Source: Paraglomus brasilianum (Eukaryota). From it: a DNA stretch of 32,219 bases. Location of the stretch: assembly GCA_910592345.1 (NCBI GenBank), contig CAJVPI010000381.1:1-32219 (forward strand), written 5' to 3'. Below the pieces are notes generated by a model. The model did not search any database. It was not told where the DNA came from and worked only from the letters and a program-made list of their open reading frames with translations. Both the position numbers and the translations under genes were made by a program. Within the stretch, counting starts at the first letter, position 1. Each line of letters opens with the position of its first letter. Positions 1 through 11,715 of this stretch are shown piece by piece.

Positions 1-633
1 GACGCGTGTTCGCGTGTTAAATGACACTTGATATTGTTGTCGTGCGCGACCTTATAAGTATAAATATTGTCGTGATTTACGCAGTAAGGAGTGCGAGAGT
101 CAGCCACAACGATCACTGTCAACCAATATTAAAGCATAAACGAGTATCGATATATTATCTAGTGTAACACATCATTACATCATATCCGGAATGTTACACT
201 GATATTATTGTTCTTATTTACGGAAAAGTATTTTTCACTGGTTAAAACAAGTCCGACAAGTTACGCGTATAAATTTAATAAACTGATTCCTATGATAGTG
301 ATAATATCAATAACAAAAGCGCCCGTGCGATATAATATATGCAGTATAGCGAGTAGCACTAACAGCGTGGTTTGGCGTCTGGGTGTATATACAGTATGTA
401 TGAATAGACGCGTGTTCGCGTGTTAGATGACACATATTGGTACATAAAAAGCATAAACGGGCATCAGTATATTGCCTAATGTAACACATTATTCATCATA
501 ATTGCGATTGTCATAATTGTTTCCTGTATATTAATAGTATCAGTGTAACATTTCGGAGTAACAAAGTAAAATATTTTTCACTGGTTAATAAGTCTGATAA
601 GTCACGCGTATAATTTTAATTTCTATGATAGTG
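1..633. repeat. Degenerate tandem repeat, unit about 406 bp (copy A 1-406; copy B 407-633, resuming at about 1333-1420)
   Basis: gacgcgtgttcgcgtgtta(a/g)atgacac at 1 and 407; aaagcataaacg..tgtaacacat at 131-172 and about 448-489; tatttttcactggttaa..acgcgtataa..ctatgatagtg at about 229-300 and 571-633; tatgcagtata..ctaacagc(g/a)tggttt at 338-373 and about 1379-1419. Confidence 0.85.
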
Positions 634-1332
634 CCATGCCAACGGTCACGGGAGAGTGGATAACTATTGACACTTGGGCTTTAGTTCCTTTCAACGGAGG
701 GGTGGTCGCTAAGTTAAATATGACGACAGTTAGTGAGTGACCTTTCAATCAGGCTTTCCTATTCACGACTCTCTAATAGTCGATCGATCGACGCTAATCC
801 TCGGTAAATACGTCGTTCCTCGAGTATATTCGCTATTATCCACCGATGGGATTAGTTTCGATGGTCTATAGATCTGGGGTGTTTGTATAATTCTCAACGC
901 ATTGCTAATAAACGAGTATTTATCGTAATTGCCACGAGAGTAATCGCGGGACAAGGGCGAATATTCCTAGACGATATAGGGATTAACGGTTTCTCAGCTA
1001 TACCGTAATTTACCAGAGAATGAATTTCAGATTATAAAGAACTACTCTTTATTACTGTATTATTAGAAAGGAATATTAATTGAACATTACATGAACATGA
1101 ACATGATTGAACATTTAAGGACATGGGAAACATGATGCGAGCATGATTAATAGTCGTGCTTCTATATATCTTCTGAGGTCCAGTATACTAAGTAAAAGCT
1201 AATTATTGTTTGACTGCTATTGATATTGCGGCGTTGCCGTTTTCTGGCACCTAATGTTTGTGATATCATCGGAGTTACGCAGAAATTAGGGAGAAATATA
1301 CGTCATTATTAACATTAGTCCTCACAAGAGTG
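634..1332. mobile_element. 699-bp insertion interrupting repeat copy B; LTR-like (solo-LTR candidate)
   Basis: Homology to copy A stops at ..gatAGTG (633) and resumes after ..agAGTG (1332), a possible 4-bp target duplication. On the minus strand it begins TGTGAGGAC (1326), with TATATA near 1165 and AATAAAG near 1050. A diverged second copy lies at about 10000-10510. No coding domain is seen, so the class is uncertain. Confidence 0.55.
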
Positions 1333-2480
1333 ATGACATCACTAGCAAGAGCCCATGCAATATAATATCAGCGCGACCTATGCAGTATAACGGGTAATAC
1401 ACGTACTAACAGCATGGTTTTGTTATAACAATACAAGAAACTTACACTCCCACACTATGATTCTTTTGTGAGTCTTTCACATTTCTTCATTATTATCATC
1501 ATGGAAATGGTTTCTACTTGTCAATTTTAACAAAAAAATGATGGTTTATTGATGATTCCAACTTGTTCTACAGTAAAAGTACATTATCTATACTGCTACT
1601 GAACATTTCAACTATGCTATGAAAGTTACTGATGGATAATTGAATAAAACAGTTGGCAAATTATAAGCATTACATGGCCCAAGTGATTGGGCAGGTGAAA
1701 AGCACAGGTCTTCAAATGCATATGGCAAATTGCTTGCTTCATAACAAGGCATTGATGTGACAGTTTCAGTGTGAACACATGTTTGAGAGTTATCCATGAA
1801 CTGCCCAAATGTGAGATACAAACCAACAGATCCTTCCTAGTTACATAATAATAATGTTTAGCAGAGACAAGCTAGGTCTACCAGGGTCATAGGTTCAGGG
1901 GGAAAAATTCTTTAGCAGATTTCACGGGCTAAATTTTTATTTGTTGAAACAAAGATATGCACTGTTTTTCTGAATAAACTAGAAAAAAGTAATTGACAAA
2001 AAGTGCGAGCAATTCAATTAAACTTTTTTAAAAGTGCAAGAAGATACTGTGATCTTTACTTCTAATTGAAGCAGATATTACGTTTTTACTATTCTATATT
2101 ACGACATTTATTTACGACTTAAAATGTAATTGATTAAAGAAATTAAAATACAAATTTGCAATGAAAAGACCCGATATGCAATTTATGCAACATTGAGCTG
2201 AAATAGTGCTTTCAAACAACGTCTGAGTTCTTGAAACCAGATCAGGCCAATCACCAAACCTGAAGAAGTAGGTAGAGCTAATTTGTAAACGAATTGTCCT
2301 GTCATTTGCTTTAAACCGTGGAAAAAAAATTAGTGAAAATCAATTCTTAGAAAACGATGAAGGAGTGGATTTTATTCTTATTCCTGCTATCTTTCTACTG
2401 TGCAACTGAAAATTATCGAATGTTTGCTTTCTCGTTTAGATCGACACTGCATCAATCAAACAGTCAGCACCCTCAATATG

Positions 2481-2887
2481 CACCTCATAAATCATAAATG
2501 CACCCCCCCTCGTAAATGCACGCCAAGCCTTATTAGAAATAGTTGTATACACTCCGTATTCATAATATTCATGTGATTTGTACTGTTAAATTGCATTGGA
2601 TGTCTGACATGTGTTAATCAGTAATGAACTTGGTAAGATATCAAATTAACAGACCCAGTGAATCATGGTGTTTAAGCAGGTATATTTTACATCATTGCCT
2701 TGGGCGGTCGTAACTGATTGTCCGTTCATTCAACAAGACATTGAAGAGTTACTGAAACATGTGAGAGTGCTCGACCGTTAAAAATTACGAGCGTTGTGAC
2801 GATAGAAAAAATTTTAGATCAAGTTGAAACCAATAAAATGCTTCCCTAAATGCACGCATCCAACTGGCGTGCATTTATAAGAGACTG
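2481..2887. mobile_element. Degenerate non-autonomous Tc1/mariner-pogo-like element
   Basis: Perfect 13-bp inverted repeat taaatgcacgcca (2513-2525) / tggcgtgcattta (2865-2877); extra taaatgcac copies at 2495 and 2847; right end ..gagactg followed by TA (2888-2889). The left end is decayed and approximate. Confidence 0.5.
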
Positions 2888-4728
2888 TAAAAAAATTTGC
2901 GATCAATACTATTGCCGATTTTACATTTTCCAAAGTGGCCTGATTTAATAAGAATCTATCTGTGGCGTTCAGCAGTTTTGCAATCGTAAAACCTTTTGTG
3001 GCTGTGCATGTTCGCATGCCCATACCTTTTCATATGATAGTTCATTTGCTGATCTTCTTATCCGCTTTTCCACGACTATACAGCGACGACGCCCTTTTCG
3101 TATGCTAACGATAAGTAATATGGTTTGAGCCTCACCCTGTCCAGCGGTTCCATGATCATTTGAGAGATATAACAGGCATGCTAGGCAAGATAATGCACGC
3201 TGTCGATTGCCATGAGGATGATACATTACATACATACCTTGTGCACTGCCCAATGGAAATGTGACATGTCAAGTCGTGGCGGTTATTTTGACATTTCCTG
3301 GCAAACCGATACGAACAAGTGACAATATGGAGTCGATAGTAGATCGATCTGTATACCATCCCCGATAGAGTTAAGCAAAGATTGAGATAAGGTGAAACAA
3401 AACATGGTGCGACTGAGAGATATCCGGAAAGAGAATGGTGTCGCACACAATCAATGAATCTGTCTCTCTGTGCCGCTGATATAATATTTCGTTTGTCCAC
3501 TAAAGGAACAAACACACTTACATGGCACATATTGGTGGATCTGATGTAATTGTTTGTTCAACCATATTCAAATTAAACACCACCTGCTCCATGTTACGTT
3601 TGTGGGATAAGTTCTTGTGCTTAACTGCATAAAGATACGATGAGTTTCGTTTCATACTATCTTTGTCGTTATATTAAAACACGCAAACCTTTTTATATTC
3701 ACGGACCGTCGGCTACGGAATGCAACTATATTATGACCAGGCTTATGTAAGGTTTGTACCTTTCCCACAATCACCACGATCGCCGTTGCGCATACGCTTT
3801 TCTCCCTGGAATATTTTCACTTTTACCCATCAGATTAGAAGCGGTCGTGTAATTCTGCGGTGTAATATGAGATACTTATAATGGTGCTAGGAATAAAGAA
3901 AGCGACGAATGAACGGTCAACTCAAAATTTTGATCCTAACAAAAAGTCGAAATACGGTGCGACATGATTAACATTCATAGCCATATCCGTCATCCATAAT
4001 TTGACTCTTTTGCATTGTTGCTCAATATTGAATCGGATAATTTTTTATTCGTCTACCAATCCAAGACTAGCCAGCGAATCAAATCGTGCGTTGCTTGCAC
4101 ACCGGTCAGCTCTAAGGGCTTCCTTGGTCGAGGGTAGGGAGAGAATGGAGGTGGCGTATGGGAAAGTCATGATTGCCGACCATATGTGGTGTATCCACCT
4201 TTGTCTGTTTTCATTTGTTTGGTATTTATAGGCCAAATATTTAAAATGACATCATATATTGTATCTGAAACATTATCTCGTAAATATACATTTCATTACT
4301 TGGTGATATTCTATACGACAGGCCGGCCTATCCAACAGGATTTGTCTTGGAATCAAGAATAAATATCATTGATGTACCTTTACAATACATTAATGTTTAA
4401 CACCGCATTTGGTCTTCACTTTCTGTGCATGTGTCATTGCACTTTTTGTTCGATTATAAATACGTGCCTGTTTTCGACAACTATGTCTTAGTTGAGGGAG
4501 TTTCGAATCTCCGCTCTTGGAGATTCTGTTCCGACAAGAGGAGTTCGTTGACCCCTCATCCTTTTTGTTTTTCATACACTCAGATTCATCTTCGACTACT
4601 ATGCCGCAATTTACCTTTTCTTGGATATCCTATCTCTCTTTCTAGTTGGCTTTCTTACAATATAGCTAAGAGTTATTGTCCATACACTCTCAAATTAAGC
4701 ATTATATCGTACGGTCACTATTCGGCAA

Positions 4729-5790
4729 ATGGAATCTACCACACACTGTCCATTGTTCTACTCGAGATATGATTTGACGTGGGGTATGAAAATCACCGAT
4801 CCCAAATTTTCACATGCTAGCCACGGTGAATGTAAATCCTTGACATTATTGCTGCCCTTTTTGTTTTTAGGTCCAAGACGCGAGCGTATTGCACCCCCAC
4901 CTTATCAAAAACTTATTTTTGAAGTAACGATCACCGACTGGAACATAGAACCAGAAGGATTGTTCGGCTTTCAATCGTACGTCGTGTATCGTATATCGAC
5001 TGTAGTAAGTAGTAGTAATCTTACAACTCTATGATTCCAATTTATTATGCAAACATCCCCTCTAAGCTTTCCCCCCCCCCCCCCCCCAGTATCGCAAATT
5101 CGACAGTTCAATCGCAGAATCAATAACGTACAAACGATATCACGACTTCGTATCACTGTACGAAAAACTTGAAGAAAAGTATGGCTGGGTCAGATTACCG
5201 CTACTCCCTCCCAAACGATTCATAGGTAATGTAGCATTTCTTGTGTTGGATATGAAACGGATTCACGCACGTATAAACAGCGCATTATAAAGTGGCCAAG
5301 CAGATACATATTCGCGATAACAAACACGAAATAATACCGCTCTACAATACTCGTATATTTGTTGATCTAATTCAATGTCTTTCCCCAAAAAGGTAATCTC
5401 AACAGTAATTTCATCACACGCAGAAAATATCACTTGGAGCAGTTCTTAGAAAACTTGGTCTGTTGGCGTGATAACGATCCTGATGTAGTCGCTTTTTTGG
5501 GATTAGACGAAAGCGTAAGTTTAGAGTCTTGACAATACAAATCGTTCTCTTGTCCTTGCGCATGTAATCTTATTTATTTCTTCTTGCAGAATATTATTAC
5601 TGAAAGAAGACCCCGCGACAAACAACAAGTGCGCAGTTGCCTACGCACCATCAGCACCAGTCGACCAAAAAACATACGATCCGTTTCTTGGCGTCTCGAT
5701 ACGAATGGTAAGATTGAGAACAATAGCCTGATTGTCGTGCGACAAGAAGAAAGAATTAACGCCAGGATCCATTTATTTGTTTTAGATTAA
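4729..5790 (+). CDS. PX (phox homology) domain-only protein, sorting-nexin-like, about 203 aa; exons 4729-4825, 4871-5004, 5090-5225, 5393-5514, 5590-5707, 5786-5790
   Basis: Spliced translation gives the PX signature FEVTITD..SYVVYRIST..YKRYHDFVSLYEKL..LPLLPPKRFIGNLNSNFITRRKYHLEQFLENL..DVVAFL; all introns are GT-AG with consistent phases. The first and last introns are in-frame and stop-free, so they are less certain. Confidence 0.88.
5071..5087 (+). repeat. C17 homopolymer acting as the polypyrimidine tract of PX gene intron 2
   Basis: 17 consecutive C immediately before the AG acceptor at 5088-5089. Confidence 0.9.
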
Positions 5791-8700
5791 CTATATATTC
5801 GTTTGGCATATACTCTTCTTCTTTCTTTTTTTTTTTTTCGCGGACAAAAGCAATTCACTGCTTTATATTTTTTTTATGGTTCTTTTTCTTCATCGTTTTT
5901 ATTATTATATATTTTTTCCTTTGTAAATCGTAAAGTATATTGTATATCTTATTATTTTTTATAAAATATACTCTCTCCTTGTATATTCTCCTTTAAATCA
6001 CTATGATTCTAAGATTGAGCGATATAAATAGTTTGTACTGCTTTTAATCGTATGGTTATTACGAATATGTAAAAATTGTTTTAATTGTTTGAGATAGTCA
6101 TTTTTAGAGATTCTTTTAGGTAAGCTATGTGTTAATAAATTGGAATATGTCCAAGTGAGTGAACACTAAATATGCGTCGAAACGTTCCTAAGAAATTATT
6201 ATTAATTAAACTGGGACAATATAAATTTATTCTGCTTATAATATGCGTATACTCGGTTTATTAAGTATTATTAACGTATCACGTTAAATTGCATACCATT
6301 GTCGTCAACTGTTTAATATGTTATCGTATATTTAAACTTTTTCAAAAAGGTCCGTGCGCCTTTCACACGCGATATACGATTTATGGTAAATTGCCAGCCT
6401 GCAAGACACTGGAATAAGGCCATGCATATGTTGTATTTATTTTATATTGTATTGAAAAAGTTTACCGAGTTTTCTGTATTCAATTGACTATACCAAATTA
6501 GAACAGTAAACAAAAGTATATGCAGACTTGTATGCAGAATTTTTGATCTTCAAAACAAACCATATTTAGTTGCCTTGGTTTGACATTATTAGGTTAACTG
6601 GTACAAAAGTTCTTTATCTAACTTCCTTATATGACACGCAAATTACACATATTTACATATAATGTAGTGGGTAATGTTTCCCAACGTGTAATCCACCATT
6701 GTTTTGGCTGGAAAAACTACTTAATTTAGACAAGCACTTGCAAATATTTGATATGGTAATTATGTCAATGTATTATAAATTTGTAATCGCAAAGATTACT
6801 GAATAATTTTATTTAATATTTTTAGTATTTATGCCTTGGCCCAAGTAAGCGCTGCTTGCTAAGATACAAGTAATAATTTCAATCCTTACGCAAACTTGTC
6901 ACATAAGATGGTGAAGAGCGAGTTGGCGAATGTTTAATTATTGATATCAGTGATAAAATTGTTCATGGATTGGGAACGTGTATAACTAATTGTATATAAC
7001 CGTGACATTTCGAGAAGTCAGTGATTCATAGATGCCACTTCAAAAATATATTTAATACTTTGCGTTAATGTAATAACAACCGCAGCGTCTATTTGTCCAG
7101 AAAGTGCTTTTTATTACTCAATTGAAAGAAATTTTCGTGTCTAGGCTTCAAAACTTATTTTAGTTCTAGAGTCGAAAGGCGCACCATCTAATGCGATTCG
7201 ATAGCGTCATATCTATTATATCTGCTATTCCGTTAAGGGACGTTCTCCATGAGACCTATGTAAAATGGCATCATCAACTAGTAAGAGAATTTTTCCAGCC
7301 AGTGCTTGAAATAGGTAATTGCATCCATACGAAGGAATGCTACTATCTTTACGGGTATGTCCGTCTACAGTCTATGACATTTGTTTAGCAAATATAGTTA
7401 CATGTTGTACTTGCACTGAGTTTTGCAGTCAAAATTCTATAATTTGTAATGCGCTGTTCATTGTATTGAACTCTCAACCAATAGACAATTGGAAATACCA
7501 AAATCTGGTTAATAAATGTAATATTTGATCGGACATATCTGTTAAGTCAGTATTCATACTCCTGTATTACAATGGTATGCTTGGTTAACCAGACAAGTAT
7601 ATATTAATGTATGCTCAAAGGACAAAATCTTAATATGGGTCGATCAAAACATTAATATGTTTTATTTGAAGGATAAGTCGACGAAATCACTAGAAACATT
7701 GATTAAACAGATATAAAAGAAATAATTGTTTTTTCATACCATAAAGGAAATCCGTATTGACAGGTAGTAACTTGTGGGCCAATTCTGAACAGAAACAAAT
7801 TATTAAGTCTGTTAAAATTCACACTATCACAACTGACAATATAGTCGACAAGAGCAGCTTGTGTCTGTCCGGGAACGCCGTTGCGACAATTTGCAACTGG
7901 GCGTATCGTTTTATTTCATTGAACAAATGTGGCAGGATCATTGGAATCTTTTTTTTTTCTGCTTCAAAGATCAATTTATATTTAGTAATCCGTTCGTTTT
8001 GGAGAAAATCCGGGAGCAAACTTTTTTGACATATCAAAATGGTCATTAAGAAACTTATTAAGAATAATTAAGCCAACTTTTGTCTTTTTTCAGAAACTAC
8101 TAAGAAACCAAAGAGTTTTCACATTCGAAAGGCCTTAGTGAGACCGCCAGAGGCGGGGAACAGCCCAAAGGGCAGTACAGCAGTTTTTCGTTTGCGTCAT
8201 TCCATTAGCAACTCCATTCATGAATTTTTCCACCAGGCGTGTTTGGGACTGTTGCGTTTTTTGTTGGCGATCCGCTGCTTTCGGCACTCGCGCAGGAAGG
8301 CTCCCAGGTGGGGTGCCGTACGGCACGTGTTACAAAAGATGTAAACTGTTTTTACGTAGACCATGAGCATTAGGACGAATATCTAGTGTTTAATAATTTA
8401 TTTTCGTCATAGTTATTACGCATTGTTGGCGGTTACACGCTACATATGTAGTAGACCGTCAGCAAAGCGACGGGTTACAAGCTCGTATAGAAAAAAACGC
8501 GGAACTTAAAAGCTGATGCGTAAAGGATTTTTTCAAGTCCGCTTTATAAATAAATTCAACAACAACAGATAATCCATCGCTTTGTGGATTCTATGCCAAT
8601 GACGTTTCGTGACTATCAAGTTATCATGTTATTTACACACTTGATTCTGAGTCTGCATGACGTATTACAGAGTGTTGTTTGCATTATTATTATTATTGCC

Positions 8701-9381
8701 TGCAGAGACCGGTGATACACGAAGTTGTGAGGCTTACTTCGACCCACATATTAATATTCCCAGTTTTCATTGTTTCGTTTATTACAGTATTAGAACTTAA
8801 TTATTAAATTGTATATTGATTCGCCAGAGATCACGGGCATTTCTTAAAGAGATTGGATTTTGGTGACACAGGATAATAATGGGGGAAAACGTAGCTAAAT
8901 TGTGCAATAGGCTATCCATTCTTCTAGATGTATGATCGAAGAATATCCTCATTCGAAATATGATTTCTTCATCCTCACGCCTATAATTCTTCTGGGGTGA
9001 GGCCTTACTCTCGTGCAAAGTCTATTATTTCCGCATCCATCATCAATATATTTTTGTTACGGTCATGAATTTCTCTGTAATCAAGACCCCGTTTGAATAG
9101 ATAACTCATCCACTAATAGATCCGTGGACATTCATATATTCGACGTCCCAGCAATTGTCACATCTCAGTCAGAAACTCGTAATCTAGCTCCACTATAAAA
9201 GAAATATCGGAAAAATAAAATCGACCCATCAGATACCAATGGCATTGGCGATAACCAAGATACATTACCCGCTCCATCAAATGCAAATTCCATTGAAAAA
9301 ATAATAATAAAATGTCTCAGAATCTATTAATTAAGCATTAGAAGAGATACCTTTAGTAGCTTCTACGTCTAGAAATTCCAA

Positions 9382-9690
9382 AATTCTGAAATTAGTAAAA
9401 CCATTACTGAAATTTTCGAGGTTGTAGAGACTCCTAAAACTACCGAAGAGGCCACGCCTCAGCAAAGAAACGTTTAAGAGAACGGGCCACCGATCATAGC
9501 GAGGATTCCGATAAATTCATGACCATTACTGAAGAAGATATTGATTTAGCACGGATAAGATGATGGGTTTTGCTTCGGTTCTTCCGGAGGATCCCTATTT
9601 TAACCCAACAAGCAAAGCATTCGGAATAAAGTGGTCTTTTCCGATGAAACAACGATTTATACTATCTGGTGCATGGTACAGCGTTTATTA
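9382..9690 (+). pseudogene. Frameshifted remnant of a hypothetical protein (recalled as a multicopy Glomeromycota-type family)
   Basis: AKKRLRERATDHSEDSDKFMTITEEDIDLARIR* at 9462-9563, continuing in another frame as MMGFASVLPEDP (9560 onward). The family resemblance is from memory only. Confidence 0.35.
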
Positions 9691-9999
9691 TTATTTAACA
9701 TGCTTATTATATCACCATATATTCTTAAACCCATCTACTTCTCGCCTTCAATATCTACCATGCTCATTATAACAAACTTCTCTCTAGAACACCAAGAACG
9801 ACGCTGTTTACACGTAATACGTGCCTTTCGAATCATTTTTCTCATATTAAAGCAAGATGTTGCAAATTTTATTACAACCAATAAAATAGTGATTTACTTC
9901 GTCCTATTATAGTATAATGCCACCCCTAGTATAATACCACTATCCGATCAAAGTACCACTCCATGCATAGTACCTCATGGTACAACGAGGAAATACCAC

Positions 10000-10510
10000 T
10001 GGGACTTTAGTCCGAAAAATGCGGTAATTCGGAAGCCTGTAGGTTGGGATTTATCTAAAACGCATTTCCACTGAAGCGAATATAACGTCACGAATATTCC
10101 TATTCTATATAGGGATTAGTGGTTCACAACTGTATCGGGAACGAATCATTAGTATTTCAGGGTATAAAAAACTACTAGTTTGTTTAACGATAATATGAAT
10201 AAAGAAATCAAACACACATCTACACTGCTTCTATACAGTCAACTCTCTTTATAAGGACCGGTTTTACTTTCCCAAATCGTATATTCTTAATGATACTACG
10301 TTTCATATAAGAACCCGCTGGTTATACGGACCGATTTTGCTTTGCCCAAAGGTGGTTTTTATAAAGAGAGTTGACTGTATCTATTTTTTAACAACGTATA
10401 CTGCTGAATTTGTGTACGCGGCTGTATGTTATTTGCAGCGCTGACGTGACACATTTCGATCGAATTTTCTTTGTGGCACCAGGAGTTACGCAGAATTAGT
10501 AATATACCCA
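10000..10510. mobile_element. Second, diverged copy of the LTR-like repeat seen at 634-1332 (boundaries approximate)
   Basis: Colinear shared blocks: cgaatattccta....atatagggatta (958-985 vs 10091-10118, 25/28 identical); atttcag..tataaa.aactact; tgcttctata (1157 vs 10226); tggcacc; ggagttacgcagaa(a)ttag (1271-1289 vs 10482-10499). Confidence 0.7.
10236..10377. mobile_element. 142-bp MITE, Tc1/mariner-pogo superfamily
   Basis: Perfect 19-bp TIRs CAGTCAACTCTCTTTATAA (10236-10254) / TTATAAAGAGAGTTGACTG (10359-10377), extendable to 24 bp with 2 mismatches; TA on both sides (10234-10235, 10378-10379); internal direct repeat ggaccg.tttt.cttt(g)cccaaa. Confidence 0.92.
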
Positions 10511-11715
10511 CTTTTATTCGATGTATGAATGCTTTCTACGTTTCTCTTTGAAAATAACAGCAAGCTAATAAAATGCTTATGCTATGATAAGCAGATATCG
10601 TTGTGTATCTACAAAGTTCATAACTTATACGCAAGTTATCTTACATAATATTAAAGTACAAGATTGACGCGGGGGGGGGGGTTGGCAGTTGCAGTCTTTC
10701 TCGCTACATTTGACTTATAATACAGCAGTTAACGAAATCTACCTCTGTCAAACAACTGTAGAACAATAAAAGCTTTATAAAATACATGTATGATATCGCA
10801 AGTTGTACGATATACTGTATTGTAGCAACAAGCGCTTGTGCCAAATTTTAATAAGAAAATTATTCAGCTACCATAATCTTGTTATTGCCGGTGTGGGGAT
10901 ACCTTTATCGAACGAATTTGATGAATTTAACATGCATGAACCTGACACAGCATACAACTATCGATAATGCTAAGGCACCTGTTATCTAGGCAGATAAATT
11001 GCTAGCCAAACATGCTTATCTATTGTATCATCCTCTCTTCCGTCGAACAACTTTCAAACAGATCTTGCACAATGATTGGGTATCATAGCATGTTTATATA
11101 CGTGCATCAGGACTTGAGGTAAATTGGCAACCGAGATTTGCAAGCTTGTGTACACTTATTCATGGCAATATATGGTAGCAAAAATAGTGTGCCTATGATA
11201 AGCCAATATTTAATACATACAGGAAATTTCTTAGCATTCAGTATTCGGACAACATAGTCCGATTTCAATCATGTGAGACACGACCAAGCTTTTAAACAAG
11301 CATTTATTCTGATCGACCATTCGGCACCTGCATATACGTCACCCTGACTGTACTCGTATAATTACCATATGAAGGCATTCTTAACCACCACGAGTACGCC
11401 ACGTGTGAAACATTCTTCCCAAACAGTCAGCACTTGCCGAGTGAAGTAGTTCCACAATTCGGGTCTTGACAAAGAATTTGTCCCTTGGCGTAGATTGCTT
11501 TGCATTCTTTGTCATTGGAGGGTATACAAAGGATTTACAGTGGGGGAACTCTGCGCAGATGATGACGCAGTCAAAATTCAGCAATAAATATGCGCATTAG
11601 GCACTCTGTGAAAAATATTCTGTTGTCCTTCCTACAACTTTTCCAAAGGAAAAAAAACAAAACACAAAAACAATCAAAAAATAAATACCTCTTATTCTAA
11701 ATTTTCGACGAAATT

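Noticed and set aside
4494..4516. tRNA T-arm/B-box-like hairpin gagggagtttcgaatctccgctc
   Set aside because: Loop has an extra base; no D-arm, anticodon arm or acceptor stem could be built.
6300..8100. Several short ORFs, possible decayed gene
   Set aside because: No family motif or consistent exon chain on either strand.
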